This document shows, in pieces, positions 10,134 through 19,182 of a DNA stretch of 64,000 nucleotides (position 1 is its first letter; each line of letters opens with the position of its first letter). Source of the DNA: an uncultured Ruminococcus sp. (GTDB taxonomy: Bacteria; Bacillota; Clostridia; Oscillospirales; Acutalibacteraceae); assembly GCA_902763835.1 (NCBI GenBank), contig CACWTQ010000022.1, positions 10,133 to 74,132 of the forward strand. Direction: 5' to 3'. The position numbers were made by a program, and so were the translations under genes. Under the pieces are notes generated by a model, which was not told the origin of the DNA, did not search any database, and saw nothing but the letters and a program-made list of their open reading frames with translations.

Positions 10134-10832
10134 TCAGCGAGCAATAAATTTCTTTATAACTTCAATGGAGGTTTCGGCAGCCTTCTTCAGAAAAGCCGAA
10201 TAATCGAGGTGAGAGTTTTCATCGCCTCCGTCCGAAATTGCTCTTAAAATTGAGAACGGAACATTATTGATGTAACAAGTCTGAGCGATTGCACCGCCCT
10301 CCATTTCACAAGCTATAGCGGAGAACTTATCGATAATACTCTTCTTCTTTTCGTTGTCATTGATAAAGCAGTCACCCGTTGCGATTGTGCCTGTCTTGCA
10401 GTTCAAGCCAAGCTCCTTGACGCTTTCGGAAAGAATGCCTGTAATGTTATCATCTGTAGGAATATACACGATATTAAGCCCGGAAATAAGACCCGGTTCA
10501 TCGCCCAAAGCGGTTGTATCGATATCGTGCTGAACAACCTTATCGGCAATGGCAACATCGCCGATTGAGAGTTCGTCTGTAAGCGTACCTGCAACACCTG
10601 TATTAATGATAACATCGGGACTAAAACCGAGAATCATCGTCTGAGCACAAACCGCTGAAAAGACCTTGCCTATTCCGCAAACTGCCGTGACAACATTTTT
10701 ACCGTAAATCTTGCCTTTCACGAATTCAATTCCGCTTATGTTAATTGTAACACTGTCTTCCATAAGTGCCTTAATTCCGTCAATTTCGATCTGCATAGCA
10801 CCTATAATTCCAATTTCAACCTTATTCTGCAT
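10134..10832 (-). CDS. mtnN: 5'-methylthioadenosine/S-adenosylhomocysteine nucleosidase
   Basis: ATG at 10832 with GGAGGT upstream. Motifs: IGIIGAMQIE, GIGKV, ACEMEGGAIAQ. It overlaps the luxS stop by 11 nt. Confidence 0.9.
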   Translation of the reverse strand: MQNKVEIGIIGAMQIEIDGIKALMEDSVTINISGIEFVKGKIYGKNVVTAVCGIGKVFSAVCAQTMILGFSPDVIINTGVAGTLTDELSIGDVAIADKVVQHDIDTTALGDEPGLISGLNIVYIPTDDNITGILSESVKELGLNCKTGTIATGDCFINDNEKKKSIIDKFSAIACEMEGGAIAQTCYINNVPFSILRAISDGGDENSHLDYSAFLKKAAETSIEVIKKFIAR

Positions 10833-11289
10833 ACTTAAAATCAACCTCCGATTTACTGTTCAAAACATCAAGATAAGCTTTGCATTCTTTAACGCACGGC
10901 TCAAGAGCAAGATTTTTATAATTTCCGCACTCCTTACGCTCCGCACCGAAAACAGGACCCTTATGGTCAATGATTTGCTGCAAAACAGTTTTGACAACCT
11001 CAAGAACTTTCTGCGGTTCTGTATCCTTAACTATCAAATAGAAACCCGTCTGACAGCCCATAGGACCGAAATAAATAACTCTATCCCCTATTTTGGAGCT
11101 TCTGACATATGTCGCAAACATATGCTCAACCGTGTGCATAGTAATGTTATCCATATAATTACCGCAGTTGGGTTTGCGAGTTCGCATATCATAGGTTATC
11201 AAGTCACCGTCTGTTCTTGAAATATATATACCGGGTTCAATTTTGTCGTGGTCTGCTTTAAAGCTTTCTATTTTTCTAACCTTACTCAA
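10822..11289 (-). CDS. luxS: S-ribosylhomocysteine lyase
   Basis: HTVEHM metal motif, FGPMGCQTGFY, and a conserved Cys near the C-terminus. Start set to TTG 11289, 8 nt after AAGGAG. The longer ORF in the track reads through intergenic repeats. Confidence 0.88.
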   Translation of the reverse strand: MSKVRKIESFKADHDKIEPGIYISRTDGDLITYDMRTRKPNCGNYMDNITMHTVEHMFATYVRSSKIGDRVIYFGPMGCQTGFYLIVKDTEPQKVLEVVKTVLQQIIDHKGPVFGAERKECGNYKNLALEPCVKECKAYLDVLNSKSEVDFKYAE

Positions 11290-11307
11290 TTCATTCACTC
11301 CTTTTTT

Positions 11308-11464
11308 CGGACAACGGCGGACAACGTCCGCAGGAAATACATAAATTATTGGTCGGGTACATGAAGTAAGATTAACAAGAACTATCTTCACGTGTTTTCT
11401 GCGGACATTGTCCGCTCGGTCGGGTGCGTGAATTCTCGTCAAAAAAAGACTATCTTCACGTATT
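11308..11464. repeat. mosaic intergenic repeat locus (modules A,A / C,B / A,C,B; B and C inverted relative to other loci)
   Basis: CGGACAACG+GCGGACAACGTCCGC (11308-11331), TTGGTCGGGTA (11349-11359), AACTATCTTCACGTGT (11380-11395), GCGGACATTGTCCGC (11401-11415), TCGGTCGGGTG (11416-11426), GACTATCTTCACGTATT (11448-11464). Confidence 0.85.
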
Positions 11465-11497
11465 AAAAAAGCACTTGCAAAATTAATTGCAAGTGCT
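11465..11497 (-). terminator. intrinsic terminator after the tRNA pair
   Basis: The minus strand reads GCACTTGCAATTAATTTTGCAAGTGC followed by TTTTTT. Confidence 0.75.
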
Positions 11498-11500
11498 TTC

Positions 11501-11587
11501 TGGTGCCGGTGGCCGGACTCGAACCGGCACGGTATCGCTACCGGTGGATTTTGAGTCCACTACGTCTGCCAATTCCATCACACCGGC
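11501..11587 (-). tRNA. tRNA-Leu (anticodon CAA), type II with long variable arm, CCA encoded
   Basis: The reverse complement is GCCGGTG...GTGGA-CTCAAAA-TCCAC...GGTTCGAGTCC...CACCGGCACCA. Acceptor, anticodon and T arms all pair. Length 87 nt. Confidence 0.92.
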
Positions 11588-11591
11588 AAAA

Positions 11592-11684
11592 TGGCGGAGA
11601 GATGGGGATTCGAACCCCAGATACGGCGGAAACCGTATACATGATTTCCAATCATGCTCCTTCGGCCAGCTCGGACATCTCTCC
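11592..11684 (-). tRNA. tRNA-Ser (anticodon GGA), type II, CCA encoded
   Basis: The reverse complement is GGAGAGA...CATGA-TTGGAAA-TCATG...GGTTCGAATCC...TCTCTCCGCCA. Length 93 nt. Confidence 0.92.
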
Positions 11685-11730
11685 ATTGCTTAACGGTACT
11701 TTAATATTATAGTACGTTAAGCTGTATTTG

Positions 11731-12849
11731 TCAAGGCTTTTTTGAAAATTTTTTTAAAAAATTTTTTGCAAAGCTGTTTTCGTTATCCTGTGTTGTCGGT
11801 GGAGCACCGTTTATCGGTGTAGGGGCAGATGAAACAAACGACATAGGGGTACTTGACGCACTTGAAGCCGCACCTCTTCTGCTGTTCGGAGCTTTATCTT
11901 TCATAGCCTTATATGATTCAGCGGTATACGTTGCCACAGGTGAACCGATGGTGTTTGGAAGATTAATCGCAACTATGCTGTGCTTAATCATAAATCCCGA
12001 AATCTGACCGAGCATTTCCTTGCACTGACCGATATCCTTACCCTCAAGGTACAAAATCGCATCGCATGAACCGCCCACCATTCTTATAGGAACTTTACCG
12101 TACTTCTGATTAAGCTCGTTCTGGAATGCAGCGAAATCATCAGTAACGTTTTCGGTGAGTTCGCCGTAAAAGATAATTTCGATATCGTCCTTATCAGCCG
12201 AAAGCATTTTGCCCACAACATTGTAACCGTGATATATTGTTGTGAAAGTATTATGAGATACCTTATTAATTCCAAGCAGGAATATCTGTACAAGCTTATC
12301 GAGAACCTTATGCTCCTCAAACGGAATTTTCGGCTCTTCGTAAACAGGCTGTTTCGGCGGCTGCTTAGGCTGCTGCTGAACTTGCCTTTGCTGCTGCACC
12401 TGCTGAGGAACGGGCTGCATTTTCGGCTGTGGCTTTGCCTGCATTTTGGGCGGCTCGGGAATCGGTTCGGGTTCAGGCTCGGGTTCTTCCGGCTGCAATG
12501 CAATAGCACCGAAACCGTTCCTAATCATAAAGTTGCCCACCGCTGCAAGCCGTTCCTTAACTTTCGGAGCGTCAAGACTTCCGATATCAAGCAAAATGCT
12601 GATGAACTTATCGGAAAATCTGAACTTAGCGTGACCCAATTTTTCCTCGTATTCGGAAATAAATTTTTCCGACTGTTCGGGGCTGTCAATATATACATTT
12701 CCATAAAAGAAAAACTCAACCGTCGGAATAGACGGAGCTTTTACTTTTCCCCGAATTTCATAACCGTAAAACAATGCGGTAAAAGTCTTGTCATCAACTT
12801 CATTAACTCCCGATGCCACAAATACATCGGATAAACCTTTAATATCCAT
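11731..12849 (-). CDS. hypothetical protein with internally duplicated domain and PEPEP/Q-rich linker
   Basis: 372-aa ORF. The N-terminal domain (FTALFYGYEIRGKV...FFFYGNVYI) is repeated after the linker (FTTIYHGYNVVGKM...IIFYGELTE). Confidence 0.6.
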   Translation of the reverse strand: MDIKGLSDVFVASGVNEVDDKTFTALFYGYEIRGKVKAPSIPTVEFFFYGNVYIDSPEQSEKFISEYEEKLGHAKFRFSDKFISILLDIGSLDAPKVKERLAAVGNFMIRNGFGAIALQPEEPEPEPEPIPEPPKMQAKPQPKMQPVPQQVQQQRQVQQQPKQPPKQPVYEEPKIPFEEHKVLDKLVQIFLLGINKVSHNTFTTIYHGYNVVGKMLSADKDDIEIIFYGELTENVTDDFAAFQNELNQKYGKVPIRMVGGSCDAILYLEGKDIGQCKEMLGQISGFMIKHSIVAINLPNTIGSPVATYTAESYKAMKDKAPNSRRGAASSASSTPMSFVSSAPTPINGAPPTTQDNENSFAKNFLKKFSKKP

Positions 12850-13052
12850 TAAAATTCAACTCCTTGTGAATGTGCTGATGTTTATTGATGTTATTTTTTA
12901 TTTCCCCTAATTTATATTATATTATAATTCTTTATTGTAAAGGTTAAATTTTGTTTAATTTTCAAAAAAATTGCAGTTTCATAATTTATATGCAGACAAA
13001 AGCCGTTAATAATTACAAACTCAAACTTCTCATATTTCATCTTGCACAGTAA

Positions 13053-13177
13053 GGAACTGTTGGGAAATAAGTTGAACAATTTATACGCAGGATAATTTGT
13101 TCTGTGTTAGGCACAACACCGCAGGAATACTGACGTATTTCAAGGTGTAAATGTTCAAGTTATTTTCTGACAGTTCC
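13053..13177 (-). mobile_element. MITE-like TIR element M2 (125 bp, internal deletion)
   Basis: It starts with GGAACTGTTGGGAAATAAGTTGAACAATTTA and ends with ...TTATTTTCTGACAGTTCC. Flanked by TAA/TAA (13050-13052, 13178-13180). Confidence 0.88.
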
Positions 13178-13188
13178 TAAATCAAATT

Positions 13189-13255
13189 TCGGTCGGGTTC
13201 GTGATTTAAAACTAAAAATTACTGTCTTCACGTTTTTCCGGTGAGCATTGCCCGC
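13189..13255. repeat. mosaic repeat locus (C, B, degenerate A; inverted)
   Basis: TCGGTCGGGTT (13189-13199), ACTGTCTTCACGT (13221-13233), GTGAGCATTGCCCGC (13241-13255). It abuts the stop codon of the downstream-facing gene. Confidence 0.7.
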
Positions 13256-13917
13256 TATCTAAACAGTTCCCAATTTTCGGTATAAAGTTCTTTTCTGGTA
13301 ATATCCGTAAAAATTTCAAATCCGCAATTCTTTTCAAGAACGTCCGTAAGCAATGACGGATTGACATTTTTAACGCTGCCTGCCGGAAGAACTATGCTTA
13401 GTTCAACACCATTTTGAGTACATTTGAGAGTATATCTGACAATATTTTCTTTCAAGTTAACCTGTTTAACAGTTCCCTTTTTGGTAGTTTTTTCAACCAA
13501 AATCTTTTCACTGTTCAGAAGAGTATTTGCATAGTCAAAAATCTCGTCATTAGTATGTTCCTCGGAGGTAATGATAATTTCAAATTCGGCATAGCATATA
13601 GCCGCAGGCTCCATAACGGGTTCGGTTACTTCGTAAGCCGTAAGACCTTCGGGCGAATAACTATTGAACCGTGAAATTATTTCATCATACGGATAATTTT
13701 CCTCAATAAGCCGAATATCAACCGATTCATAAGTACCTCTGAACCCAAGTGACAACGGCAAAGCAAACGACACATACAATCTTGAATTAAACCCCTCAGT
13801 ATGCCACAGCGGAATTTCCGACATCTGCAATGCACGTGTGATAGTTCTGTTTATATCGAGATGTGAAATAAATCTGCAAGCACCGTCTTTTCTATACCAT
13901 ACTCTTACGTTTTTCAA
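13255..13917 (-). CDS. TIGR03936-type radical SAM-associated protein (DUF2344)
   Basis: Start set to TTG 13917 (GAAGAGGTG upstream), giving MKNVRVWYRKDGACRFISHLD, the usual N-terminus of this family. It overlaps the upstream partner gene by 26 nt. Confidence 0.75.
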   Translation of the reverse strand: MKNVRVWYRKDGACRFISHLDINRTITRALQMSEIPLWHTEGFNSRLYVSFALPLSLGFRGTYESVDIRLIEENYPYDEIISRFNSYSPEGLTAYEVTEPVMEPAAICYAEFEIIITSEEHTNDEIFDYANTLLNSEKILVEKTTKKGTVKQVNLKENIVRYTLKCTQNGVELSIVLPAGSVKNVNPSLLTDVLEKNCGFEIFTDITRKELYTENWELFR

Positions 13918-15748
13918 AGCATACACCTCTTCCGTATTTAGCCGCACCGCAGGCGGAACATTTCTCCCGACAGTTCGGTGTTGTGGTGTTTTTGTAAGCC
14001 TGTTCACACTCCTGAATCAAAAACTTTTTCGTAACACCGTAATCAATATGATCCCACGGCAGAACTTCATCAAATCCACGTCGGCGGCGAACGTAAAAAT
14101 CGGGGTCAAGTCCGCAGTCACGAATGACTTCAAGCCACTTTTCAAGATTAAAGCACGAATCCCAGCCGTCAAAGTGAATACCTCTGTTCACGGCTTCCTC
14201 AATGACTTTGCAAAGCTTTCTGTCACCTCTTGCAAAAACTCCCTCCAAATAACTGACGTGTGCCTCGTGATAATTATACACAATTTTCCTCGAAGTAATA
14301 TGCTTTTTAAGAGCCATTTGTTTATTATGAGTTTCCTCAATCGAATCCTGAGGTTCCCACTGAAACGGTGTGAACGGTTTTGGAATAAACGAAGATGTAC
14401 TTATAGTCACTTTCACCTGCTTGCCCTTTTGTCTGTTTTCATTTTTGTAATAGCAGTCAACAACCTGCTGTGCAAGCGTACCGATACCGAGAACGTCATC
14501 GTAAGTTTCGGTTGGCAGACCTATCATAAAGTAAAGCTTGACGGCAGTCCAGCCGCCTTTGAAAGCGACCGTACAGGTTTGTATAAGCTCCTCTTCGGTG
14601 ACATTTTTATTAATAACGTTACGCATTCGCTGTGTGCCTGCTTCCGGTGCAAACGTCAAGCCGCTTTTGCGGACAGTTTTCAGCTTGGAGAGAATTTCCT
14701 CGTCAAATCCGTCCACACGCATAGACGGCAGTGACAAACTGACATTTTCGTCAACCGACCATTTTGTAAGCTGTTCGAGAAGCTCACGGATTTTAGTATA
14801 GTCACTTGAAGAAAGCGAGGAGAGAGAAATTTCGTCATATCCTGTGTACTTACAGAGAGTATGGCACTGCTTATCGATAGTATCGGGAGATTTCTCACGC
14901 ACGGGGCGGTTGAGAAATCCCGCCTGACAGAAACGACAGCCACGAATACACCCACGGAAAATTTCCTGAACAACTCTGTCGTGAACTATCTCAATCATAG
15001 GAACAACAAACCTTTCGGGATAGAACACATTATCCATATCACGAATAATTCTTTTATGAATTATTTTCGGAGCGTTATTTTTCGGTGTAACAGATTTTAC
15101 AGTGCCGTCATCGAAATATTCCACATCATAAAGTGACGGAACATATACTCCCTCAATCTGTGAACAAAGCTGTAAAAACTCCTCTCTTGTCTTCCCCTCG
15201 TCACGGCACTTTCGGAAAAGTTCAATAACCTCAAGATCAACCTCCTCACCCTCACCGATGAAAAACATATCGAAGAAATCAGCTATTGGTTCGGGGTTAC
15301 AGGCACAAGGACCTCCGGCAACGACAATTTGAGTAAGACCTTTTCTGTCACAGCTTCTTAGGGGAATTTTCGCAAGTTTCAGCATTTGCAGAATATTTGT
15401 AAACGAAAGCTCATATTGCAGAGTAAAACCGATAAAATCAAAATCTGTTATCGGGTCGCCGCTTTCAAGACCCCACAAAGGAATATCTTTTTCAATCATT
15501 ATCTTTTCCATATCAAGCCACGGTGCAAATACTCTTTCACACCAGATATATGGAAAGGAATTAAACTGACTGTAAAGTATCTTAATACCAAGATGTGACA
15601 TACCTATTTCGTATGTGTCTGGAAAACAAAAGGCAAATCTGACATCAATTTCATCTTTATTTTTATAGACGCTGTTTATTTCGCCGCCGACATAACGCCC
15701 CGGCTTTTGTACCTTTAAAAGGTAGGGTTCTATTCGTTTGTTAATCAT
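13892..15748 (-). CDS. TIGR03960-type B12-binding-domain radical SAM protein
   Basis: 618-aa ORF with CIRGCRFCQAG (CxxxCxxC radical-SAM cluster motif). Its usual partner gene lies immediately downstream. Confidence 0.8.
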   Translation of the reverse strand: MINKRIEPYLLKVQKPGRYVGGEINSVYKNKDEIDVRFAFCFPDTYEIGMSHLGIKILYSQFNSFPYIWCERVFAPWLDMEKIMIEKDIPLWGLESGDPITDFDFIGFTLQYELSFTNILQMLKLAKIPLRSCDRKGLTQIVVAGGPCACNPEPIADFFDMFFIGEGEEVDLEVIELFRKCRDEGKTREEFLQLCSQIEGVYVPSLYDVEYFDDGTVKSVTPKNNAPKIIHKRIIRDMDNVFYPERFVVPMIEIVHDRVVQEIFRGCIRGCRFCQAGFLNRPVREKSPDTIDKQCHTLCKYTGYDEISLSSLSSSDYTKIRELLEQLTKWSVDENVSLSLPSMRVDGFDEEILSKLKTVRKSGLTFAPEAGTQRMRNVINKNVTEEELIQTCTVAFKGGWTAVKLYFMIGLPTETYDDVLGIGTLAQQVVDCYYKNENRQKGKQVKVTISTSSFIPKPFTPFQWEPQDSIEETHNKQMALKKHITSRKIVYNYHEAHVSYLEGVFARGDRKLCKVIEEAVNRGIHFDGWDSCFNLEKWLEVIRDCGLDPDFYVRRRRGFDEVLPWDHIDYGVTKKFLIQECEQAYKNTTTPNCREKCSACGAAKYGRGVCFEKRKSMV

Positions 15749-15940
15749 AATTTTGCTGACCTTTCGGAAATACTCTTACATAAAATATTATACATATATT
15801 TTTGAGATTTTGCAATATTTTATCGTAATTTTTAATATATAATTTTCATATACAACGAAATAGCAGCTATCCCGAAGGACGACTGCCATTCTCTTTTAAG
15901 AAAGTTTGTTAGTAATATTCTGAAAATAAAATATTATATA

Positions 15941-17221
15941 TTAATCAAGTTTATTAATAACAAGACCTGTAATTAACTTAGGATAAAAATAAGTTGATTT
16001 CTGAGGCATTTTTTCACCTGCCGAGGAAACATCGCAAATCTCACTGATTTTAGTCGGGTTCAAAATGAACGCACAATCAGCCGTGCCGTTATCGACAGAC
16101 TTCACTGCGTTATCAATTTGTTTCACATAGGTAAGATTAATCTGTTTAACCATATTCTCTGCGTCAATACCCATAAGCTTTTCGAGAATAAGCGTATGAA
16201 GAACAGACACATCAAGTCCCTGAGATGCCTTGCTTACATTCGGCAGAAGTACAGCCATTGTGTCGAGAGTTTTCAGAACAAGCAAAGTCCATTTTCCCTC
16301 GCCGCAGTACATACCGAAAGCCTTTTCATTATTATTGTAAAGCTCTGTCAGCACAGATTCAATGTTGTTAATGCTGTCATACTCCGTGATGTCGAAATAT
16401 TCCTCACAGGCACTAAGAACCTCCTGCTTGTCAAAATGAGCGAGGTCACGAACAATTCTGTGTGTCGGGAACACAACAAGCCCCGGGTGTTCCATATTTA
16501 CAAGCATCATCATCTGATAATCCACGGCATCACCCTCTTTGGCAAGACCGTTTTCACGGCAGTAATTTCTGTAATTAAGGGCGGTTTCGTACCTGTGGTG
16601 ACCGTCCGCAATGAAAAGCTTCCTGTCGGTGAAGTCACCGCAAATTGCATTCACGTCCTCTTCGTTAGTCACTATCCACATTCTGTGAATAACTCCGTCA
16701 CTATCCGTAAGTTCGATATCGGGGTTGCCACTTGAAAGCTTGTCAAGTTTTGAAATAGTTTTATTTTCCTCGTCGGAATAAAGAGCGTAAATCTGACTGA
16801 AATTACAGTTAGTTGCTTTCATCAGATTTAATCTGTCCTCTTTAGCCTTTGAGAGAGTAAATTCGTGAGGTAGAATCACACCCTTTTCAAACTCCTCGAT
16901 TTTCACACGAACAATACAACCCTTAACCTTGTACCGCTTGCCGTAGGCTGTAAATTCCTCTTCGTAGATATAGACCGCATTGCTTTCCTCTCTTGTGAGA
17001 ATACCTTTTTCAAGCCACTCATCGAGAATAGTTTTAGCGTTATTGTAAGGGTCGTCACCCTTTGGAAGTTCAAGACGAATGATATTATATTCGTTTTCCT
17101 TTATATATTCAAGCCGCTGTTCCTCGCTGATAATATCATACGGAGGACAAACAACGGTTGAAATGTCACCCGATTTTTCTGTATTAAATCTAAGACCCTT
17201 AAAGCCTTTAACTAAAGCCAC
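15941..17221 (-). CDS. DUF1015 family protein
   Basis: FKGLRFN, VVCPPYDIIS and IADGHHRYETAL motifs are characteristic of DUF1015. Confidence 0.7.
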   Translation of the reverse strand: MALVKGFKGLRFNTEKSGDISTVVCPPYDIISEEQRLEYIKENEYNIIRLELPKGDDPYNNAKTILDEWLEKGILTREESNAVYIYEEEFTAYGKRYKVKGCIVRVKIEEFEKGVILPHEFTLSKAKEDRLNLMKATNCNFSQIYALYSDEENKTISKLDKLSSGNPDIELTDSDGVIHRMWIVTNEEDVNAICGDFTDRKLFIADGHHRYETALNYRNYCRENGLAKEGDAVDYQMMMLVNMEHPGLVVFPTHRIVRDLAHFDKQEVLSACEEYFDITEYDSINNIESVLTELYNNNEKAFGMYCGEGKWTLLVLKTLDTMAVLLPNVSKASQGLDVSVLHTLILEKLMGIDAENMVKQINLTYVKQIDNAVKSVDNGTADCAFILNPTKISEICDVSSAGEKMPQKSTYFYPKLITGLVINKLD

Positions 17222-17360
17222 TGTTAATCACCTTTTCATTGCTAAAAATTCACTGATATTTATATATATTTTACCATAAAACTTGGAAAATTTCAAATTT
17301 ACTTTTAACAAAATCAACATTAAAAAATTGTTAATATCACACAAAAACAAATTCCCTCTG

Positions 17361-17384
17361 CTATTTAAAAAAATTTTTAAATAG
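17361..17384 (+). promoter_or_regulatory. palindromic operator box 1 (CTATTTAAAAA-AA-TTTTTAAATAG)
   Basis: 11-bp perfect arms, ending 3 nt upstream of the -35 hexamer. Confidence 0.6.
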
Positions 17385-17387
17385 CTA

Positions 17388-17416
17388 TTGACTTTTAATT
17401 CTCGGAGTAGTATAAT
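17388..17416 (+). promoter_or_regulatory. sigma-A-type promoter of the sdpR-like operon
   Basis: TTGACT, a 17-nt spacer, then TATAAT. Confidence 0.7.
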
Positions 17417-17440
17417 CTATTTAAAATAAATTTTAAATAG
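17417..17440 (+). promoter_or_regulatory. palindromic operator box 2 (CTATTTAAAA-TAAA-TTTTAAATAG)
   Basis: 10-bp perfect arms with the same half-site as box 1, starting directly after the -10 hexamer. Confidence 0.6.
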
Positions 17441-17458
17441 GTTCAAAGGGGTGACCGA

Positions 17459-17743
17459 ATGGGAATACAAGAAATTCTTTCGGTTTTATCGGATAAGGAA
17501 CGACGACGGATTTTAGACATTCTAAAAAAAGGTAAAATCTCTTCGGGCGACCTTGCAAAAGAAATGGGAATGACACCGCAGGCTCTTTCGTATCATTTGA
17601 AAAAGCTGAAAAAAGCCGACCTTATTTACGAAACAAAATACAAAAACTTCATCTATTATGAGTTGAATTTAACTATATTAGATGAAGTAATATTATGGAT
17701 TGACAGTTTGAGAAAGGACGATGAAAATGAAATTGAAGATTAA
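17459..17743 (+). CDS. ArsR/SdpR-family autorepressor-like transcription factor
   Basis: 94 aa. The wHTH region is LSDKERRRILDILKKGKISSGDLAKEMGMTPQALSYHLKKLKKADLI. A GGGGTG RBS is present. Confidence 0.8.
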   Translation: MGIQEILSVLSDKERRRILDILKKGKISSGDLAKEMGMTPQALSYHLKKLKKADLIYETKYKNFIYYELNLTILDEVILWIDSLRKDDENEIED

Positions 17744-19175
17744 GCACAAAAAACATCTTATCGTATACAGTATTCTGATATTCTTACAGTTCTTTGTGAA
17801 TGCCGTAGCAATGCGATTTCTGCCGAGCAGAATTCCGGCACATTACGGATTTAATGGTGAAGTTGACCGTTACGGCAGCAAGACGGAACTTTTTATTTTA
17901 CCTGTATGCTCGTTAATTTTCGGAGGAATTATGTTTTTCTCGTCAAAAAATTCTTCCAAAAACGAAACATCAACAAAAAATAACGAAAAAATTGTCCTTA
18001 TTACGGGCGAATGCTGTCTGGGACTATTTGCAGTTTTGAGCTTTTATCTGCTGTATCTTGCGTTTAACAATGTTACGAATGTTTACTCACCCAACATTGA
18101 AATAGGAAATATTCTTTGTTTCCTTATGGGAATTGTAATGATTGTTCTGGGAAATATTATGCCGAAAGCAAAAAGAAATTCCATAGTCGGTTTCAGATGT
18201 TCGCGGACGTTAAAAAATGACGAGGTCTGGAAAAAGAGTCAGCACTTTGCAGGAGTTTCTTCAGTAATCACAGGCATTGTTCTTGTTATAGCCGCTTTCT
18301 TTGTACATAACATTTCGGCGATATTCTTTATAGTTGGTCTTGATTTAATTCAAACAATAATTTGTTTGATATATGCTTATATGATTTCACATAATTCCGA
18401 TGAAAACTTTATTTTAAAAAACAAAAAGCTTATCAAAAACGCATTTATTTTTACCACCATACTTCTCCCCTTTGCACTTATAGGCACGTACTTCACTGTC
18501 AAGGAAACATTCAAAAGCTTATCGTATGATATAGTATCGGAGGTTATAAATCAGGTTGGCAGCGAACGTGCGGCTATTGCGTTGTCTATGGTTCAGCCTA
18601 TTTTACTTACAATAGTATGCTCGTTTTTCGGATTCGTAATTTCCTCAAAGATTAGACTTATGAAGCCTATTGGTTTCAAATTCAGACCTACCATTGTTAC
18701 AATTCTGTTAAGTTTGATTTTCGCTTTGGTTATGGTTGCCGACCCACTGATTTTCGGAAGAATAATACCTCAGGTTGCAGAATACTATGAAACACCGATT
18801 ACATTTGTAACTATCCTCTATTCAGTGCTTTATGGCGGAATAGTTGAGGAAATTCTGCTCAGATTGTTCTTTATGTCACTGTTGGCACTGATAATAAAAA
18901 AGATTTTTCTGAAAAAGAAAGAAAACTATCCGCAGACTGTTTTTATCATCTCGAATATTATTGCGGCATTGCTGTTTGCGGCAGGTCATCTTCCGGCAAC
19001 ATATCAATTGTTCGGTGAGATAACTCCGCTGATTCTGTCACGCTGTTTTCTGTTAAACGGTACAGGCGGATTGATTTTCGGATATCTCTACAGAAAGCAC
19101 GGCATTCAATACGCAATGACGGCACACGCACTATGTCATTTTATTTCAAAAATAATTTTAATAGTTATTCTTTAA
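17721..19175 (+). CDS. SdpI-like membrane protein fused to a CPBP (Abi) intramembrane protease domain
   Basis: The N-terminus has RIPAHYGFNGEVDRYGSK (DUF1648/SdpI signature) plus SdpI-type TMs. The C-terminus has GGIVEEILLRLFF and FAAGH, which are CPBP motifs. It overlaps the sdpR-like stop by 23 nt. Confidence 0.7.
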   Translation: MKMKLKIKHKKHLIVYSILIFLQFFVNAVAMRFLPSRIPAHYGFNGEVDRYGSKTELFILPVCSLIFGGIMFFSSKNSSKNETSTKNNEKIVLITGECCLGLFAVLSFYLLYLAFNNVTNVYSPNIEIGNILCFLMGIVMIVLGNIMPKAKRNSIVGFRCSRTLKNDEVWKKSQHFAGVSSVITGIVLVIAAFFVHNISAIFFIVGLDLIQTIICLIYAYMISHNSDENFILKNKKLIKNAFIFTTILLPFALIGTYFTVKETFKSLSYDIVSEVINQVGSERAAIALSMVQPILLTIVCSFFGFVISSKIRLMKPIGFKFRPTIVTILLSLIFALVMVADPLIFGRIIPQVAEYYETPITFVTILYSVLYGGIVEEILLRLFFMSLLALIIKKIFLKKKENYPQTVFIISNIIAALLFAAGHLPATYQLFGEITPLILSRCFLLNGTGGLIFGYLYRKHGIQYAMTAHALCHFISKIILIVIL

Positions 19176-19182
19176 ACGCACA

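Noticed and set aside
10822-11442. Long form of the luxS ORF (206 aa) in the ORF track.
   Set aside because: The N-terminal 51 codons translate the mosaic repeat modules (A, B, C). A good SD (AAGGAG) plus TTG at 11289 gives a normal ~155-aa LuxS.
11483-11712. Three ORFs (67-69 aa) on both strands in the ORF track.
   Set aside because: They lie entirely over the tRNA-Leu and tRNA-Ser genes, so they are artefacts.
13892-14007. 116-nt overlap between the two radical-SAM-associated ORFs, which could indicate a frameshifted fusion gene.
   Set aside because: A TTG start at 13917 with a GAGGTG RBS gives the normal N-terminus of the TIGR03936-type partner and only a 26-nt overlap. Separate adjacent genes are a usual arrangement for this pair.
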